NCBI RefSeq assembly: GCF_009914755.1
Contig: NC_060929.1
DNA length: 64,000 nucleotides
Strand: one strand, 5' to 3'
Origin: the human T2T-CHM13v2.0 reference genome, Homo sapiens
Below the pieces are notes generated by a model. The model had not been told where the DNA came from. It was given only the letters and a program-made list of their open reading frames with translations, and searched no databases. The translations under genes and the position numbers were made by a program. Of the stretch, positions 61,986 through 64,000 are shown one piece after another (position 1 is the stretch's first letter; each line of letters begins with the position of its first letter).

Positions 61986-62992
61986 TATGAATTGAATAAA
62001 TTAATAAACTATTAACTTACAGCTTTGCCAAATGTGATAGTCTCACAGCTTTCCCAAATGTGATAGTCTCAAAGCCCAGATAAATGGTATTAATAAGTTA
62101 TAAAGATAAACATTCCATGATCATCTAGTTGCATGTAATAGCTATTAGTATCATACAGCATAGATGAAATAGTATATTTTTATTTGAGTAACAATATCTA
62201 ACAGATATTAGAAAAAGTTTAATTAATTACATCATAAACTTCTCATAGAAATAAAAAAATGATTACCTTGTGTGAGAGCTTCATCACAAAGGTAAGTGAA
62301 TGAGGTCAGAGCTATTAGCTGTTTGCAGAATAAATAATAAGAAGAGTAGTTTAATACATAAGTCCAGTTAATATTGAATATTATCAGTCTTTTGAGATTT
62401 TATGAACGGATGGTAAATTTTCACTTTACTTGTTACCTAATTCTCTAAGAAATCTCATGTAAAGAATCAATGTTGATGTAATTATGTTAGTCCTCAGTAT
62501 TAATAATATATTCTTATTCAAATAATTAAATGTTAGTGTATAGTTAGTGACCTTTATATTGCACAGGATTGGTTTAAGAAAAATCAATATCGTGAAAGTT
62601 TTATGTATCTGACTTCAAACTAGCATCTCTTTGCCCACTTAGATAATATGATATTTTCATAATATCATTTTGCAGATAAAATCTGACTTGCTAAGAATAA
62701 TTGCATCAATTAGTCCCCTTTTCACCTTTCTGGAAGGGCCATTGCTTCACCTGCTTTTTCAATTATCTGATAGCTCTTTGTAATGCATGAAAAGCAATTG
62801 AAGCTGATCAATGCCAGAACTAATCATATACAAGACCATGAATAGAGAAGATTGTTAAAGAGGAAAAATCTATTGAATCATTTTAGAAAATATGAAAAAG
62901 GCTCAATTACATACCTAATTTTATTCCCATGTCTATTTCTTTCAAGTGGTTCAATAGATGCATGGAGTACTGCAGATTTTGAGGGTTTCTTT

Positions 62993-63307
62993 GCTTTCTT
63001 TCTTTTTTTTTTTTTTTTTCTGAGACAGAGTCTCACTCTGCTGCCCAGGCTGGAGTGCAGTGGCACCATCTCGGCTCCCTGCATCCTCTGCCTCCCAGGT
63101 TCAAGCGATTCTCCTGCCTCAGCCTCCTGAGTAGCTGGATTACAGGCGCATGACACCATGCCCAGTTAATTTTTTTTTGTTTGCTTTTTTAGTAGAGATG
63201 GGGTTTCACCATGTTGGTTAGGATGATCTCGAACTCCTGTCCTTGTCATCCACCCGCCTCAGCCTCCCAAAGTGCTGGGATTACAGGTGTGAGCCACCGC
63301 GCCTGGC
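62993..63307 (-). mobile_element. AluS
   Basis: Poly-T then gagacagagtctcactctg...gagccaccgcgcctggcc; TSD-like ggtttcttt on both sides. Confidence 0.93.
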
Positions 63308-63952
63308 CAGGTTTCTTTAAATGACCATCATCCACTCATCTACTTATATATCTTTTCAAACTTGTACTTTTCATTCAAGAAAGATGATGTGCTAACATTG
63401 ATGCTTCATAACTAGACGATTAACATTTCAATATTTTAAAATTGAGACATTCTCTGATATTCTTTTCATTTCAGTTATTCAGTGTAATAGACATGTTTCC
63501 AGAGAATGAAGATTGATGAAGTATTCATAACTTTCAGAACTTTTCAAATTCTATCTATGCTTTGTACATTCCCTTAACAGTTGAAGAAGTGTTAAGCAAT
63601 TAGCTAACACTTCTTGAATTTTGAAAAAAATATTCAAGGTCCATGCTCATGTCAGTGTATCATAAATACCAACAATTAGCAGAATCATGGATTTTTTGGC
63701 CAATATCTTATAATTACAGTTGTTCTACATCAAATTATCTACTTAGCTAATATATTCAGATTATTCTTTAAATATAGAAGAATTTCATTTTTATATTGTT
63801 AGTCTATGAATTTATCTTCATACCTCCATATCCCTCTGAATGATCACAATTAAAAACTTTTGCTATAAAATGATAGCATTAAGAAAATGAAATGAGCAGT
63901 CACAGACTAGAAACAGATGCAAACTTACTGATAAAAGTCTTATATCCAGAAT

Positions 63953-64000
63953 ATATGGTAATGTGATTTGAATATTTGTCCCTTCCAAATCTCATCTTGA
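63953..64000 (+). mobile_element. Start of an MST-type LTR, cut by the window edge
   Basis: tttgaatatttgtcccttccaaatctcat resembles the LTR start at 20530. Confidence 0.55.

Overview
Primate (human-like) genomic DNA. AT-rich, repeat-dense flanks (about 1-10.8 kb and 46-64 kb) surround a visibly more GC-rich block (about 16-44 kb). That block carries an intron-containing NBPF4/NBPF6-type gene copy on the + strand (about 27.5-42.6 kb) with two Olduvai/DUF1220 exon doublets. My best guess is the pseudogene NBPF22P; this is recalled, not verified. The copy has a large internal deletion that breaks coding exon 2 at about 29380, and a GAG>TAG stop near the end of the penultimate exon. Hand-splicing shows that skipping the broken exon restores an uninterrupted 355-aa ORF. 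Its stop lies 9 nt before the last junction, so it should escape NMD. Other content: a 5'-intact but 3'-truncated L1PA next to a second L1PA 3' fragment, a full-length Tigger4/Zombi, a HERV-W LTR17, a full THE1 MaLR element, solo THE1/MST LTRs, MER1A, many Alus, old L1M/MIR fragments, microsatellites, and a probable 3'UTR-only retrocopy at about 50.2 kb. There is no CRISPR, rRNA or tRNA, and no prokaryote-type system. Repeat subfamily names come from recalled consensus sequences and need RepeatMasker confirmation.
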